From a virus: a DNA stretch of 64,000 bases. A program made the translations under genes and the position numbers. The notes below the pieces were generated by a model. It did no database searches. It saw only the letters and a list, made by a program, of their open reading frames with translations, and was not told the DNA's origin. The stretch covers positions 14,720 through 78,719 of IMG/VR virus record IMGVR_UViG_3300033153_006492; one strand, given 5' to 3'. Shown here piece by piece: positions 7,367 to 15,950 of the stretch. Numbering within the stretch: the first letter of the stretch is position 1; each line of letters opens with the position of its first letter.

Positions 7367-8593
7367 ATGCAAGCATTATTAGATTTACGAGAAAGCCGGT
7401 ATGCTGAAACATACACCAACAAAAAAGATGGATTGATTATGGATTCAGAAATTTTAATAGATGAATTTCGTGACGCAAAAGCTGCTGATGTATTATTTGA
7501 TAAACTCGTATTAATGAACAATTTGCGTATAATTATTACTGAAAAAATGGGGAACTTTTCTCATTTTGTAATGTTAAACCTATTGAAGAGAGGCTTGACA
7601 GAAAAACAAATTATTGAAGATATTCTTTATATTGAATGTCTTGAGAAAAGAGGAATTATATTAACTAAAAATCTTATAAATCCACAAAATAAGTTTAGTG
7701 ATAATATTGTATTATATGAAGGAAAATCAATGGAAAAAAAGGGGAGTATAGTGTTACAAAATCCACCCTATAACAAATCAAAGGGTGAACATTCAGGTAT
7801 GGGTAATGCTCTTGCATGGACGAGTCATGTAGAGCAACGTAAAGCTGAAGTTATATCAGGTGGTTATTGTTTAAATGTACATCCTGCTGGATTAAGAAAA
7901 CCTGACAATAAGTTAGGTAGAGAAATGTTTGAAAATCAAATAGATTATATGGAAGTACATAATCTTGCTGATGGTCATAGAACATTTCGTGCTGGGACTC
8001 GATATGATTGGTATATATGGCAAAATAGTATATGGAAAACTAAAACAGAATATCGTGATGAAGATGGTATAACTCATTTTATTGATTTGAGAGAATGGCC
8101 ATTTGTTCCAAATTGTTCGTTTGATTTAGTAAAACGAATTATTGATTTTGATGCTGTTGTAGATTTTAACGGTAGTTATAACGGTAGAGTAATATTTAGT
8201 GAACATTATAAGCCAGGGAAAAATAATGTGTATTTGTCGGATGTGGAAACTGATGTGCATAAACATAAAGTGATTCATACTATTTATGTCGGTGAAAAGA
8301 AAGAGCCTAAAGTTTATTTTAGTTCTACAAATGAATTGGGTGATTTTTGTACTAAAAAGGTTATTGTTGGGGAAAATGGTAATGTGATGGCGGATTTTAC
8401 CGGAAATTTGTTGTTGTCACAAAATGCGTTTGCCATTCCTACAAAAACTAATAAAGATACTGAAGATTTGGTCAAATTTTTTCATTCAAATGAGTGGAAT
8501 GAAATAAGAAGAGCAACTTCTTGGAGTAATTTTAGAGTTGTATGGAGAATGTTTAAATATTGTAAACCTAATTTTTGGAGAGAGTTTATATAA
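7367..8593 (+). CDS. N6-adenine DNA methyltransferase-like protein (Eco57I-like; catalytic NPPY + target-recognition region)
   Basis: LQNPPY, GGYCLNVHP; no intact FxGxG motif seen. Confidence 0.8.
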   Translation: MQALLDLRESRYAETYTNKKDGLIMDSEILIDEFRDAKAADVLFDKLVLMNNLRIIITEKMGNFSHFVMLNLLKRGLTEKQIIEDILYIECLEKRGIILTKNLINPQNKFSDNIVLYEGKSMEKKGSIVLQNPPYNKSKGEHSGMGNALAWTSHVEQRKAEVISGGYCLNVHPAGLRKPDNKLGREMFENQIDYMEVHNLADGHRTFRAGTRYDWYIWQNSIWKTKTEYRDEDGITHFIDLREWPFVPNCSFDLVKRIIDFDAVVDFNGSYNGRVIFSEHYKPGKNNVYLSDVETDVHKHKVIHTIYVGEKKEPKVYFSSTNELGDFCTKKVIVGENGNVMADFTGNLLLSQNAFAIPTKTNKDTEDLVKFFHSNEWNEIRRATSWSNFRVVWRMFKYCKPNFWREFI

Positions 8594-9144
8594 TGGGTAT
8601 TACAATAGAAGAAAAAATACAAAAACACTTGGACGATAAATATAATACGATAGAAAAAGTAAAAACTTATGGTGAAGTTTTTACCCCGTTTTGGTTGATA
8701 CGTGAAATGTTAGACAAAGTACCAAAAGATGTGTGGAAAAACCCACATGAAACATGGCTTGATCCATGTGCTGGACTTGGTAATTTCCATTGCATAGTAT
8801 TGGAAAGATTATTAATTAGTTTGTCTGATTGGGAATCTGATATAGAAAAACGTTATAAACATATCATTGAGAAACAATTGTATTTCATTGAATTAAATCC
8901 TAAATCTGTAAAATTTATAGAAGAAATATTTAATCCTGAAAAGAAGTATAAAATGAACCTTGTATGTGCTGATTCATTAGATCCTGATCATCCTGGTTGG
9001 GATGAAGTTGGTTATATGTGGGATGAAGACGATAAAGAAATAATAAAAAGTCGTAGAGAATATAAAAAGGTATTTGAACGTAAACAGGTTAAAAAAATTG
9101 AAATAGAAGTAGACGAAGATACGGAATTATATAGGAAAGAATGA
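8593..9144 (+). CDS. methyltransferase SAM-binding half
   Basis: GEVFTP and WLDPCAGLGNF (motifs X/I); no NPPY; TAATG coupling to the upstream gene. Confidence 0.8.
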   Translation: MGITIEEKIQKHLDDKYNTIEKVKTYGEVFTPFWLIREMLDKVPKDVWKNPHETWLDPCAGLGNFHCIVLERLLISLSDWESDIEKRYKHIIEKQLYFIELNPKSVKFIEEIFNPEKKYKMNLVCADSLDPDHPGWDEVGYMWDEDDKEIIKSRREYKKVFERKQVKKIEIEVDEDTELYRKE

Positions 9145-9187
9145 ATTTTGATATTGAAAACCGTAAACTTATTAGAGAGGACTACTC

Positions 9188-9751
9188 GTGAATTTATTTG
9201 AATATAGATTGGATTTTGTAGCGTTATTTTTAGTTCACTTCAACGAAAAACTGCGACAACTTATGGATGTGTTTGAAATAGATAATTGGGAGGATTTTCT
9301 GGTTGAAGAGGACGAGAAACAACGGACATCGAAGAGGGCTTCATTTTTATCACCGATGGTAGATTTGTGTATACAGAAGGCTGCTAAGGAATTAAAATTA
9401 GATTGGAAATTTATTGCTGGTGATGGATTTGATAGTATTTTAGAAGGTGAACAAATAGAACATAAATTCTCATTATCGACTGGGAATTCTTGGACTGGTC
9501 ATCCATATTCAAATAAAGTTCCAAAACACTTATTAATAAAAACAGAAATATCTAATAATATATTAGACAAATTATTTATCGGAGTGGTTGAATTGGGTGA
9601 TATGAATTACAGATCATCGGCTAATGGTACAAGTAGTTTTTCAAGCATAAAGATACACAACGATGATTTGGAACGCTGTAATTTGCTATATGGTGGTCTA
9701 CAACCTAAGATAAAATGGTGTAATGTTATTCCTCATTGTGTTGGAACTTAA
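9188..9751 (+). CDS. possible PD-(D/E)xK endonuclease
   Basis: GFD..(7)..IEHK spacing; position after MTases. Confidence 0.45.
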   Translation: MNLFEYRLDFVALFLVHFNEKLRQLMDVFEIDNWEDFLVEEDEKQRTSKRASFLSPMVDLCIQKAAKELKLDWKFIAGDGFDSILEGEQIEHKFSLSTGNSWTGHPYSNKVPKHLLIKTEISNNILDKLFIGVVELGDMNYRSSANGTSSFSSIKIHNDDLERCNLLYGGLQPKIKWCNVIPHCVGT

Positions 9752-9779
9752 TCGAGTTTCCAGCGTTTATATATTTATA
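9743..9779 (+). promoter_or_regulatory. ECF-like promoter overlapping a TATATTTATA motif
   Basis: GGAACTT-N15-GTTTAT, then TATATTTATA at 9770-9779. Confidence 0.45.
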
Positions 9780-9825
9780 CTAAAGGGTTATTACCCAATC
9801 TATATTATCATAAGGAGATATATAA

Positions 9826-10008
9826 ATGCGATTAAAGAAGAATGTGTTAGAAATTACAGATAAAATGGAAACATTATTAGAGGCATCATCGGGTGCTATG
9901 AAAAAACATACCATTACACCTGATCAATTATATAAAAATCTTGTTCAATTACAGAAAGATTTAGAACGTGCGGTTGTTTTAATTAAGCGTGAACCTTCTG
10001 AGCAATAA
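9826..10008 (+). CDS. hypothetical protein
   Basis: AAGGAG RBS; helical 60 aa. Confidence 0.7.
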   Translation: MRLKKNVLEITDKMETLLEASSGAMKKHTITPDQLYKNLVQLQKDLERAVVLIKREPSEQ

Positions 10009-10010
10009 TT

Positions 10011-11453
10011 ATGCCATTAATTAAAACAGAGAGTAGATTTTTTATATTTCTTGTCGCTATAGCCGCCACATCAGTTGCAACGTGGGCTGCTATATTTTCG
10101 GTTACAGGATTATCAATGTTATATTCTGGAGCATTGGTATATGTAGCAATAGCGATGGGAGTATTAGAATTTGCCAAGATAATAGTAGCATCATATTTAT
10201 ATCGTCATTGGGAAGATACAGCGAAGTGGTTAAGAGCATATTTAACGACTGCTTTAATTTTATTAATGTTGATTACGTCTGGTGGTATTTATGGGTATCT
10301 TACTAACAGCTATCAGGGTGCAACACTTGGTTTAGATAAGATAAATTCCCAAACACAAGTATTTGAACGAATGAAGGTAAATTTAGTTGCTGAACGTGAA
10401 CGATTAACTGGTGATATAGCAACATTAAGAAGCGAACGACAATCGACAATAGAAAATCGAAACGCTGAAATTGCTGCTAACAATATGGCTACAGATTCTT
10501 CATCAGTAAAATATAGGGCTTGGAGAAATGGACAAGTTCACAAAAGGTATAATGTTGAATTAACGAATATAGATAGTAACGTTTCTAAGTATGTAACGAA
10601 TTTGGATTCAACGAATGTGCGAATATCAAGAGCGGAACAGACGATATCTGATAAAAAATTAGAATTGATTGATACAGGAATTGATGTTGGGCCTCTTGTG
10701 TATTTATCGAGAATGTTCAATACCAGTATGGATTCAGTTATGAAATGGTTTACTCTTGTGATTGTATTTGTATTCGATCCATTGGCTATTGCTCTTGTGT
10801 TGGCTTTAAATGCTATCATTGTTCGTAAACAAGAAACACAATATACAATAGGAGTTGATCCAGCAATACCGGGAAGTGATACTACTGCTATTGTAGTTGG
10901 TACTGTTGAAGAAGACGAAATCAAAGTAGCACTTGATTCAATCACATTGGAAGATGAAACTGATGATATATTTGAAGATGCAAAACCTGTCGAACAAGCA
11001 TTTGAAGATATAAAGGAACGAATTGATGAACGACCAAGATTCAGTGAGCCGAATAAAAAAGTAGTATCAATACCAGACAATGAATTGATTGGTATTTCGA
11101 TGGTCAAAGAAGGTGGAGAACCTATAACAGAAGTTGAAACAATTGAACCATATGAATATTCTCAACGACCAGACATAGAATCTCAAAGTATATTACAAGA
11201 ATTTGTTGATGTACAACCTATGAAGGCTCCAACTGATGTTGAATTTAATACTGATTTTGGTGATCCTGAAGAACAATATAACAAGGACATAGAACCAGAA
11301 GAAACAATAACAGAACAAGAAATAACAGATACATTTGAAGATTCTGCACGTGAAATGAGAAAGAAACAATTTGGACAAGTATCAAATGTAGTTTATGAAT
11401 CAGGTGGAACAGTAACAGTAGATCATTCTATTCAAGAAGATGGAGAGGTGTAA
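10011..11453 (+). CDS. multi-TM membrane protein with coiled coil and acidic tail
   Basis: Three N-terminal TMs, coiled coil, GPLVY..IVFVFDPLAI TM, E/D-rich C-terminus. Confidence 0.8.
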   Translation: MPLIKTESRFFIFLVAIAATSVATWAAIFSVTGLSMLYSGALVYVAIAMGVLEFAKIIVASYLYRHWEDTAKWLRAYLTTALILLMLITSGGIYGYLTNSYQGATLGLDKINSQTQVFERMKVNLVAERERLTGDIATLRSERQSTIENRNAEIAANNMATDSSSVKYRAWRNGQVHKRYNVELTNIDSNVSKYVTNLDSTNVRISRAEQTISDKKLELIDTGIDVGPLVYLSRMFNTSMDSVMKWFTLVIVFVFDPLAIALVLALNAIIVRKQETQYTIGVDPAIPGSDTTAIVVGTVEEDEIKVALDSITLEDETDDIFEDAKPVEQAFEDIKERIDERPRFSEPNKKVVSIPDNELIGISMVKEGGEPITEVETIEPYEYSQRPDIESQSILQEFVDVQPMKAPTDVEFNTDFGDPEEQYNKDIEPEETITEQEITDTFEDSAREMRKKQFGQVSNVVYESGGTVTVDHSIQEDGEV

Positions 11454-11454
11454 A

Positions 11455-12249
11455 ATGGCTATACCTAAAGATTTAACAGAAGGTATTGTATTAAAAAAAG
11501 ATGGATTATATCGTTATAATTGGGATGATGGTCAGCATATACATACAGCTGATTCATTAGTTCGATGGTTGCGAGAACCACTTTATATTGATGATGGTGT
11601 TACATTTGAAACATTTTTCGATCTGGTTATGCTTGAATCGGAAAAGATTTCTGATATTTTTCAATCACATTTGGGAGGGTATGATTTGTCTGATTGGGCT
11701 GATGAATGGAATCAACCAGATAAAACTCTTGATGATGCTGAAGAAGAACAAATTGATCATGTTGAATTGCGGTGGTCTGTTGAATATCATTCTGATAATC
11801 CTGAATACGGTTTAGATGATTGGGTTGATTTTGGTGGTCGTGGGCGTATGAAGAGTAAGGAAGCATTTGGAGATGATGAATGGCATGATACTAATTTTGG
11901 ATTTTCTTTTACTCCAATCAATGAAATAAAACATTATCCATTTAAGATACGGGATGAATGGAGAATTTTTGATTGGAATTTTGATGCTAATTTAGAGTTA
12001 CCATCTGAAGAACGGTATGAAGCTGGTTTTATTTTTAATAGCACAAAAGTAATGACAGTGTATGATGTAATTGGCGCTATTTTATTTGATATTTCATTTT
12101 ATGGTCCTCCAACAGAACGACAAGATAAGAGTGATGAATTAACAGAACAAGTGGAACATATCAAAGAACATCCTGAAGAATGTATAACAATGGATGTTGA
12201 TGAATTCATAAAGAAAGTGGAGGAGGAGGATTTAGATGAGGAAGTATAA
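11455..12249 (+). CDS. acidic hypothetical protein
   Basis: Long ORF; start placed at ATG 11455 after GAGG. Confidence 0.75.
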   Translation: MAIPKDLTEGIVLKKDGLYRYNWDDGQHIHTADSLVRWLREPLYIDDGVTFETFFDLVMLESEKISDIFQSHLGGYDLSDWADEWNQPDKTLDDAEEEQIDHVELRWSVEYHSDNPEYGLDDWVDFGGRGRMKSKEAFGDDEWHDTNFGFSFTPINEIKHYPFKIRDEWRIFDWNFDANLELPSEERYEAGFIFNSTKVMTVYDVIGAILFDISFYGPPTERQDKSDELTEQVEHIKEHPEECITMDVDEFIKKVEEEDLDEEV

Positions 12250-12415
12250 CAGATATAGTGCTGATGAATTGAGAAACTGGACTTGTGATGCTGAGATAGG
12301 TGGTAAATGGGTAGCAGCAAGACCGGTTGTTTTATGGGGATTTTTTCGTAGATTATCTATGGCATGGGAAGTATTCACAGGAAAATCTGATGTATTAACT
12401 TGGTACAAACAATAA
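12236..12415 (+). CDS. 59-aa hypothetical phage protein (not in ORF track)
   Basis: MRKYNRYSADEL...WVAARP...AWEVFTGKSDVLTWYKQ*; GGAGG RBS. Confidence 0.7.
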   Translation: MRKYNRYSADELRNWTCDAEIGGKWVAARPVVLWGFFRRLSMAWEVFTGKSDVLTWYKQ

Positions 12416-12489
12416 AGCTTGTTCGCGAATTTCGCTTGTTCGTGTTTTCCATACAAGAGTGAAAAGCGAACACTAAAAAATAATTTTTA

Positions 12490-12499
12490 TATATTTATA
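12490..12499 (+). promoter_or_regulatory. TATATTTATA putative late-promoter motif
   Basis: Exact intergenic copies at 9770, 12490, 31328, 36234, 49524 and 58321. Confidence 0.6.
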
Positions 12500-12524
12500 T
12501 ACAAATAGATAGATAATTCACATT

Positions 12525-12636
12525 CATTGGTCAAGAGCCTGTTGAAGGCTTTAGAATGTTTTGGACGAAACTTAATATCTGACATCCTATACTCTGACTG
12601 TATAGGAGTTTCGTTTAAGACATAAATTGATTGGTG
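12525..12636 (+). ncRNA. structured 5' leader RNA
   Basis: 17-bp stem 12556-72/12607-23 with 3 G-U pairs, two inner hairpins and an outer stem. Confidence 0.6.
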
Positions 12637-12671
12637 GATATTTTATTAACATAAAATAGAGGAGAATTGCT

Positions 12672-13475
12672 ATGAGAAAAAGAGCAAGAACCCGCCGTCT
12701 CAATACTGAGACATCACATCCTGACGTATTTTTAACAATTAACAAAAACCGTCTAAAAATTTACAATGGAAATTCCATTTTTCTTAAACATGGAGACGAG
12801 TTTGAATTAGAATTTGATAATAGAACTCGTACTAAGTGGTTAGCGAAGATTAAACTTAATGGAGAATGGGTATCTAATTCAGGGCTTGTACTTCGTCCTG
12901 GGGAACATATTTTTTTAGATACACCTAATTTAGATTCTCACGACAAACATCGGTTTAGTTTCGAAACATATGAAATAGAAAGTGGTCGAAGTCATCTTGT
13001 TCAAGAGAATGGTCGAGTTGAAGTATTTTTCCATAAACAACAACAGTTAATAGATTGGTGTGGGAGTTATACTTATACATCTCATATAGACAATACAACA
13101 CTTCCTCCATTTAATTGGAGAAGTTCTGGTACTCATCATTATGATTCGAATAATGGAGATGGAGTTTCTATTAGTAATACAAGTGGACTTACATCTAATT
13201 CTGACTCTATATTGTATTGTTCTACTCCTGTTGCTGCTGCTGGTCCTCCAATGGAAGAAACAGGTAGAATTGAACAAGGTTCAGAATCTAACCAAGATTT
13301 TGTTAATTCACAAGACTCATTTGAGAGTTTTCATTCTCATTCAGTGGAATATATAATTCTTCCTGTGTCGAAGAAGTCTACAACGATTCAGGACATCAAG
13401 CAGTATTGTTCTGGATGTGGAAAACGTCGCAAAAAGAATGATAATTTCTGCCCGAGTTGTGGAACTAAGTTTTAA
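12672..13475 (+). CDS. hypothetical protein with C-terminal zinc ribbon
   Basis: YCSGCG..FCPSCG; GGAG RBS. Confidence 0.8.
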   Translation: MRKRARTRRLNTETSHPDVFLTINKNRLKIYNGNSIFLKHGDEFELEFDNRTRTKWLAKIKLNGEWVSNSGLVLRPGEHIFLDTPNLDSHDKHRFSFETYEIESGRSHLVQENGRVEVFFHKQQQLIDWCGSYTYTSHIDNTTLPPFNWRSSGTHHYDSNNGDGVSISNTSGLTSNSDSILYCSTPVAAAGPPMEETGRIEQGSESNQDFVNSQDSFESFHSHSVEYIILPVSKKSTTIQDIKQYCSGCGKRRKKNDNFCPSCGTKF

Positions 13476-13545
13476 TAGTGTTGTATAATTATATATAGAA
13501 ACTATTAAAAGGTTATGTTCATAATGCCTCCGAGGTTACATTTAG

Positions 13546-13576
13546 GGCGATTTGTGATGAACAAGTCGCCTTTTTT
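13546..13576 (+). terminator. intrinsic terminator
   Basis: GGCGATTTGT/ACAAGTCGCC plus T6. Confidence 0.8.
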
Positions 13577-13578
13577 AT

Positions 13579-13607
13579 TTGACATTGAGTTGTGGATTTA
13601 GTATATT
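13579..13607 (+). promoter_or_regulatory. sigma70-type promoter
   Basis: TTGACA-N17-TATATT. Confidence 0.75.
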
Positions 13608-13635
13608 CTGTAAAACTAACATAAGGGAAAATGTA

Positions 13636-14397
13636 ATGACTGATAGTTTAGGTGATCGGATGAAGAAATATGAAAAACAAGCATCTAATCAAATTGATGC
13701 TAATCTTCCTGTATTTGTACGATTGGATGGTAAAGCCTTCCATACATGGGTAAAAATTATGGGATGTGAGAAACCATTTGATGAATCACTTTCATATCTT
13801 TTTCAAACAGCAACAGTTAATACTTGTCAAGATATTGGACAAGTGATTATGGCTTATAGTCAATCGGACGAAGTGACATTTTTATTAAGTGGTTGGCAGC
13901 ATCTTGATTCCCAGATTTATTTTGGTGGGAAGAGTCAAAAGATTACGTCTGTTATTGCATCTATATTTACTGGTCATTTTATCAGGACTTTGTTAGGTAT
14001 GAATGAATATGCTGTATTGGCTGATGGTGAAATCAAATTACCTTCATTTGATGCTCGTGTATTTAATGTGCCTGTACATGAAATTGAAAATGTTTTTATT
14101 TGGCGACAGATGGATGCTAAGAGAAATTCTATTCAATCAATAGCCCGTTCATTGTATAGTCATAAAGAATTAAATGGAAAATCATCTAAGATTATGTTAG
14201 ATATGATTAAAGCTAAAGATTTAGATTGGAACGATTTACCTATTATTCAAAAGCTTGGATTTGTTGTTAAAAAGGATGAATACATTGTTCCGTCTGATAC
14301 TGGTAATGTTGTTCGTACTCGTTGGATAATTGATAATGATATTCCATTTTTTGTAGATGAATCTGAATATATTACTGATTTAATTTCAGCAGAATAA
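13636..14397 (+). CDS. thg1: tRNA(His) guanylyltransferase / Thg1-like 3'-5' polymerase
   Basis: LGDRMKKYE, RLDGKAFH, YSQSDE, FDAR, WRQMDAKRNS; start moved to ATG 13636. Confidence 0.95.
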   Translation: MTDSLGDRMKKYEKQASNQIDANLPVFVRLDGKAFHTWVKIMGCEKPFDESLSYLFQTATVNTCQDIGQVIMAYSQSDEVTFLLSGWQHLDSQIYFGGKSQKITSVIASIFTGHFIRTLLGMNEYAVLADGEIKLPSFDARVFNVPVHEIENVFIWRQMDAKRNSIQSIARSLYSHKELNGKSSKIMLDMIKAKDLDWNDLPIIQKLGFVVKKDEYIVPSDTGNVVRTRWIIDNDIPFFVDESEYITDLISAE

Positions 14398-14407
14398 AGG
14401 AAAGGAA

Positions 14408-14997
14408 ATGAAAATAATAAATAAAACTATTGGAATTTTATTGTTATTAGTTTGTTTAGGATTTGCTCAAACTGATAGATGGCGTTTAGCTATTTATCAA
14501 GATTCAGAACCTGGTATAGAGTTGTATCGAGTTTATAATACAGAAGCGCCAATATCAACACCTGAAATAATGGATAGTATTTATCATTTTATTGAAGATG
14601 ATTCCTTATTGGAGTATATACATTTACTCGATAGTTGCGATGTATTGAATTATTATAGAATTACTGAGGTTAATAGAACATCAGCTGTAGTGAATATGGG
14701 AAGTGATTTAATAAAAATGAAGGTATAACGATATTAGCTTATGGTGATATATTCGAAGATAATTCATTGGATACTTTAATTGGTTATATTGTAGAAACTG
14801 TTGATGTGCAAGTTGAAATAAATAGTTTGGGGTATGTATTTGTTTCTGGTACTAACCCAGGATTTTTAGAAAATGGAACCTTTAAATTAGTTGTAACTGA
14901 TACTGGTGGTTTTTATGATAGTATTTTTATGACGGTTGCGCTTAATGACCCATTATTATTTTTTCCACTTTCACCAGCAAGATTACGAATAAAATAA
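14408..14997 (+). pseudogene. secreted Fn3-like protein, apparently broken into ORFs 14408-14728 and ~14707-14997
   Basis: Signal peptide; SEPGIELYRVY..YYRITEVN pattern; second ORF lacks a clear start. Confidence 0.4.
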
Positions 14998-15018
14998 GTA
15001 GAATAAAGGGAGTATTAT

Positions 15019-15375
15019 ATGGGAAACACAAAAGTAACATTTCACACTCCGAAAACAACTGGGAAATCAATGTGGCAAATTTTTGTTCCAGTGACTGGTA
15101 TTGATGGTTACGACATACAATTAAGTCATCATCAGAAGTGGGATCGACAGGTGAGAAAACTTGCAGGTGGTTTAACTATTAACAAAAAGGCTCGTGGGAT
15201 ATGGCAAAATCCAATGACAGGGAAATTATTTGAAGAAAAGATGATACCTGTTTTAATCGGGTGTTCGTTTGAAGAAATGGAAACTATATTAGAATTTACA
15301 TTAGAGCATTACATTCAAGAGGCTGTAATGTGTTACAAAGTGAGTGACACAATAGTAATAATGGAAAGGACATGA
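15019..15375 (+). CDS. hypothetical phage protein
   Basis: GGGAG RBS; GGLTI..ARGIW..EKMIPV. Confidence 0.75.
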   Translation: MGNTKVTFHTPKTTGKSMWQIFVPVTGIDGYDIQLSHHQKWDRQVRKLAGGLTINKKARGIWQNPMTGKLFEEKMIPVLIGCSFEEMETILEFTLEHYIQEAVMCYKVSDTIVIMERT

Positions 15376-15376
15376 T

Positions 15377-15535
15377 ATGAGTTTTTTATGGCGAAGAACA
15401 TATGATGATAATGGTATAATTGGTCCTGGTTATAGTCGTTGGTGTACATCAAAAGAATTAAATACAGGTAACATTGCATTGGTTATATCAATTATAGTAT
15501 TAATTTTGGTAGTGGTTTTTATTGTGTGGAGGTGA
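15377..15535 (+). CDS. 52-aa membrane protein (not in ORF track)
   Basis: MSFLWRRTY...IALVISIIVLILVVVFIVWR*; fills the intergenic gap. Confidence 0.6.
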   Translation: MSFLWRRTYDDNGIIGPGYSRWCTSKELNTGNIALVISIIVLILVVVFIVWR

Positions 15536-15536
15536 G

Positions 15537-15950
15537 ATGGGAATTGGTAAATCGGCTGGATTGGCAATAGTATGTGGTGATGAAATTTTATTAGTTCATC
15601 CTACGAATGCGCCTTGGACTGGAACATATTCAATACCAAAAGGGTTGATAGAAGATTTTGAAACAGCGTTTGAAGCTGCTATTCGTGAGACGAAAGAAGA
15701 AATAGGATTAGATATTACTGTAGATATGATTGAATCACCCGGTGATATTATATATTATAGAAAGGCTAATAATAAAATATATAAAAAGGTTTTTTATTTT
15801 ATAGTTCGATTGGATAAAAAACCTGAAATTAAAAAAGAGAATCTCCAATTGGATGAAGTTGACTGGGCAGGTTTTGTTCATAAAGATGAAGTTGAAGAAA
15901 AAATTTTCTGGAGATTTTTACCAATTTTGGAAAAGGTGTTTGAACGATAA
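15537..15950 (+). CDS. NUDIX hydrolase
   Basis: Nudix box PKGLIEDFETAFEAAIRETKEEIG. Confidence 0.92.
   Translation: MGIGKSAGLAIVCGDEILLVHPTNAPWTGTYSIPKGLIEDFETAFEAAIRETKEEIGLDITVDMIESPGDIIYYRKANNKIYKKVFYFIVRLDKKPEIKKENLQLDEVDWAGFVHKDEVEEKIFWRFLPILEKVFER

Noticed and set aside
12420-12472. Hairpin TGTTCGC/GCGAACA with inner stem as a terminator
   Set aside because: No adjacent T run on the + strand; function unsupported
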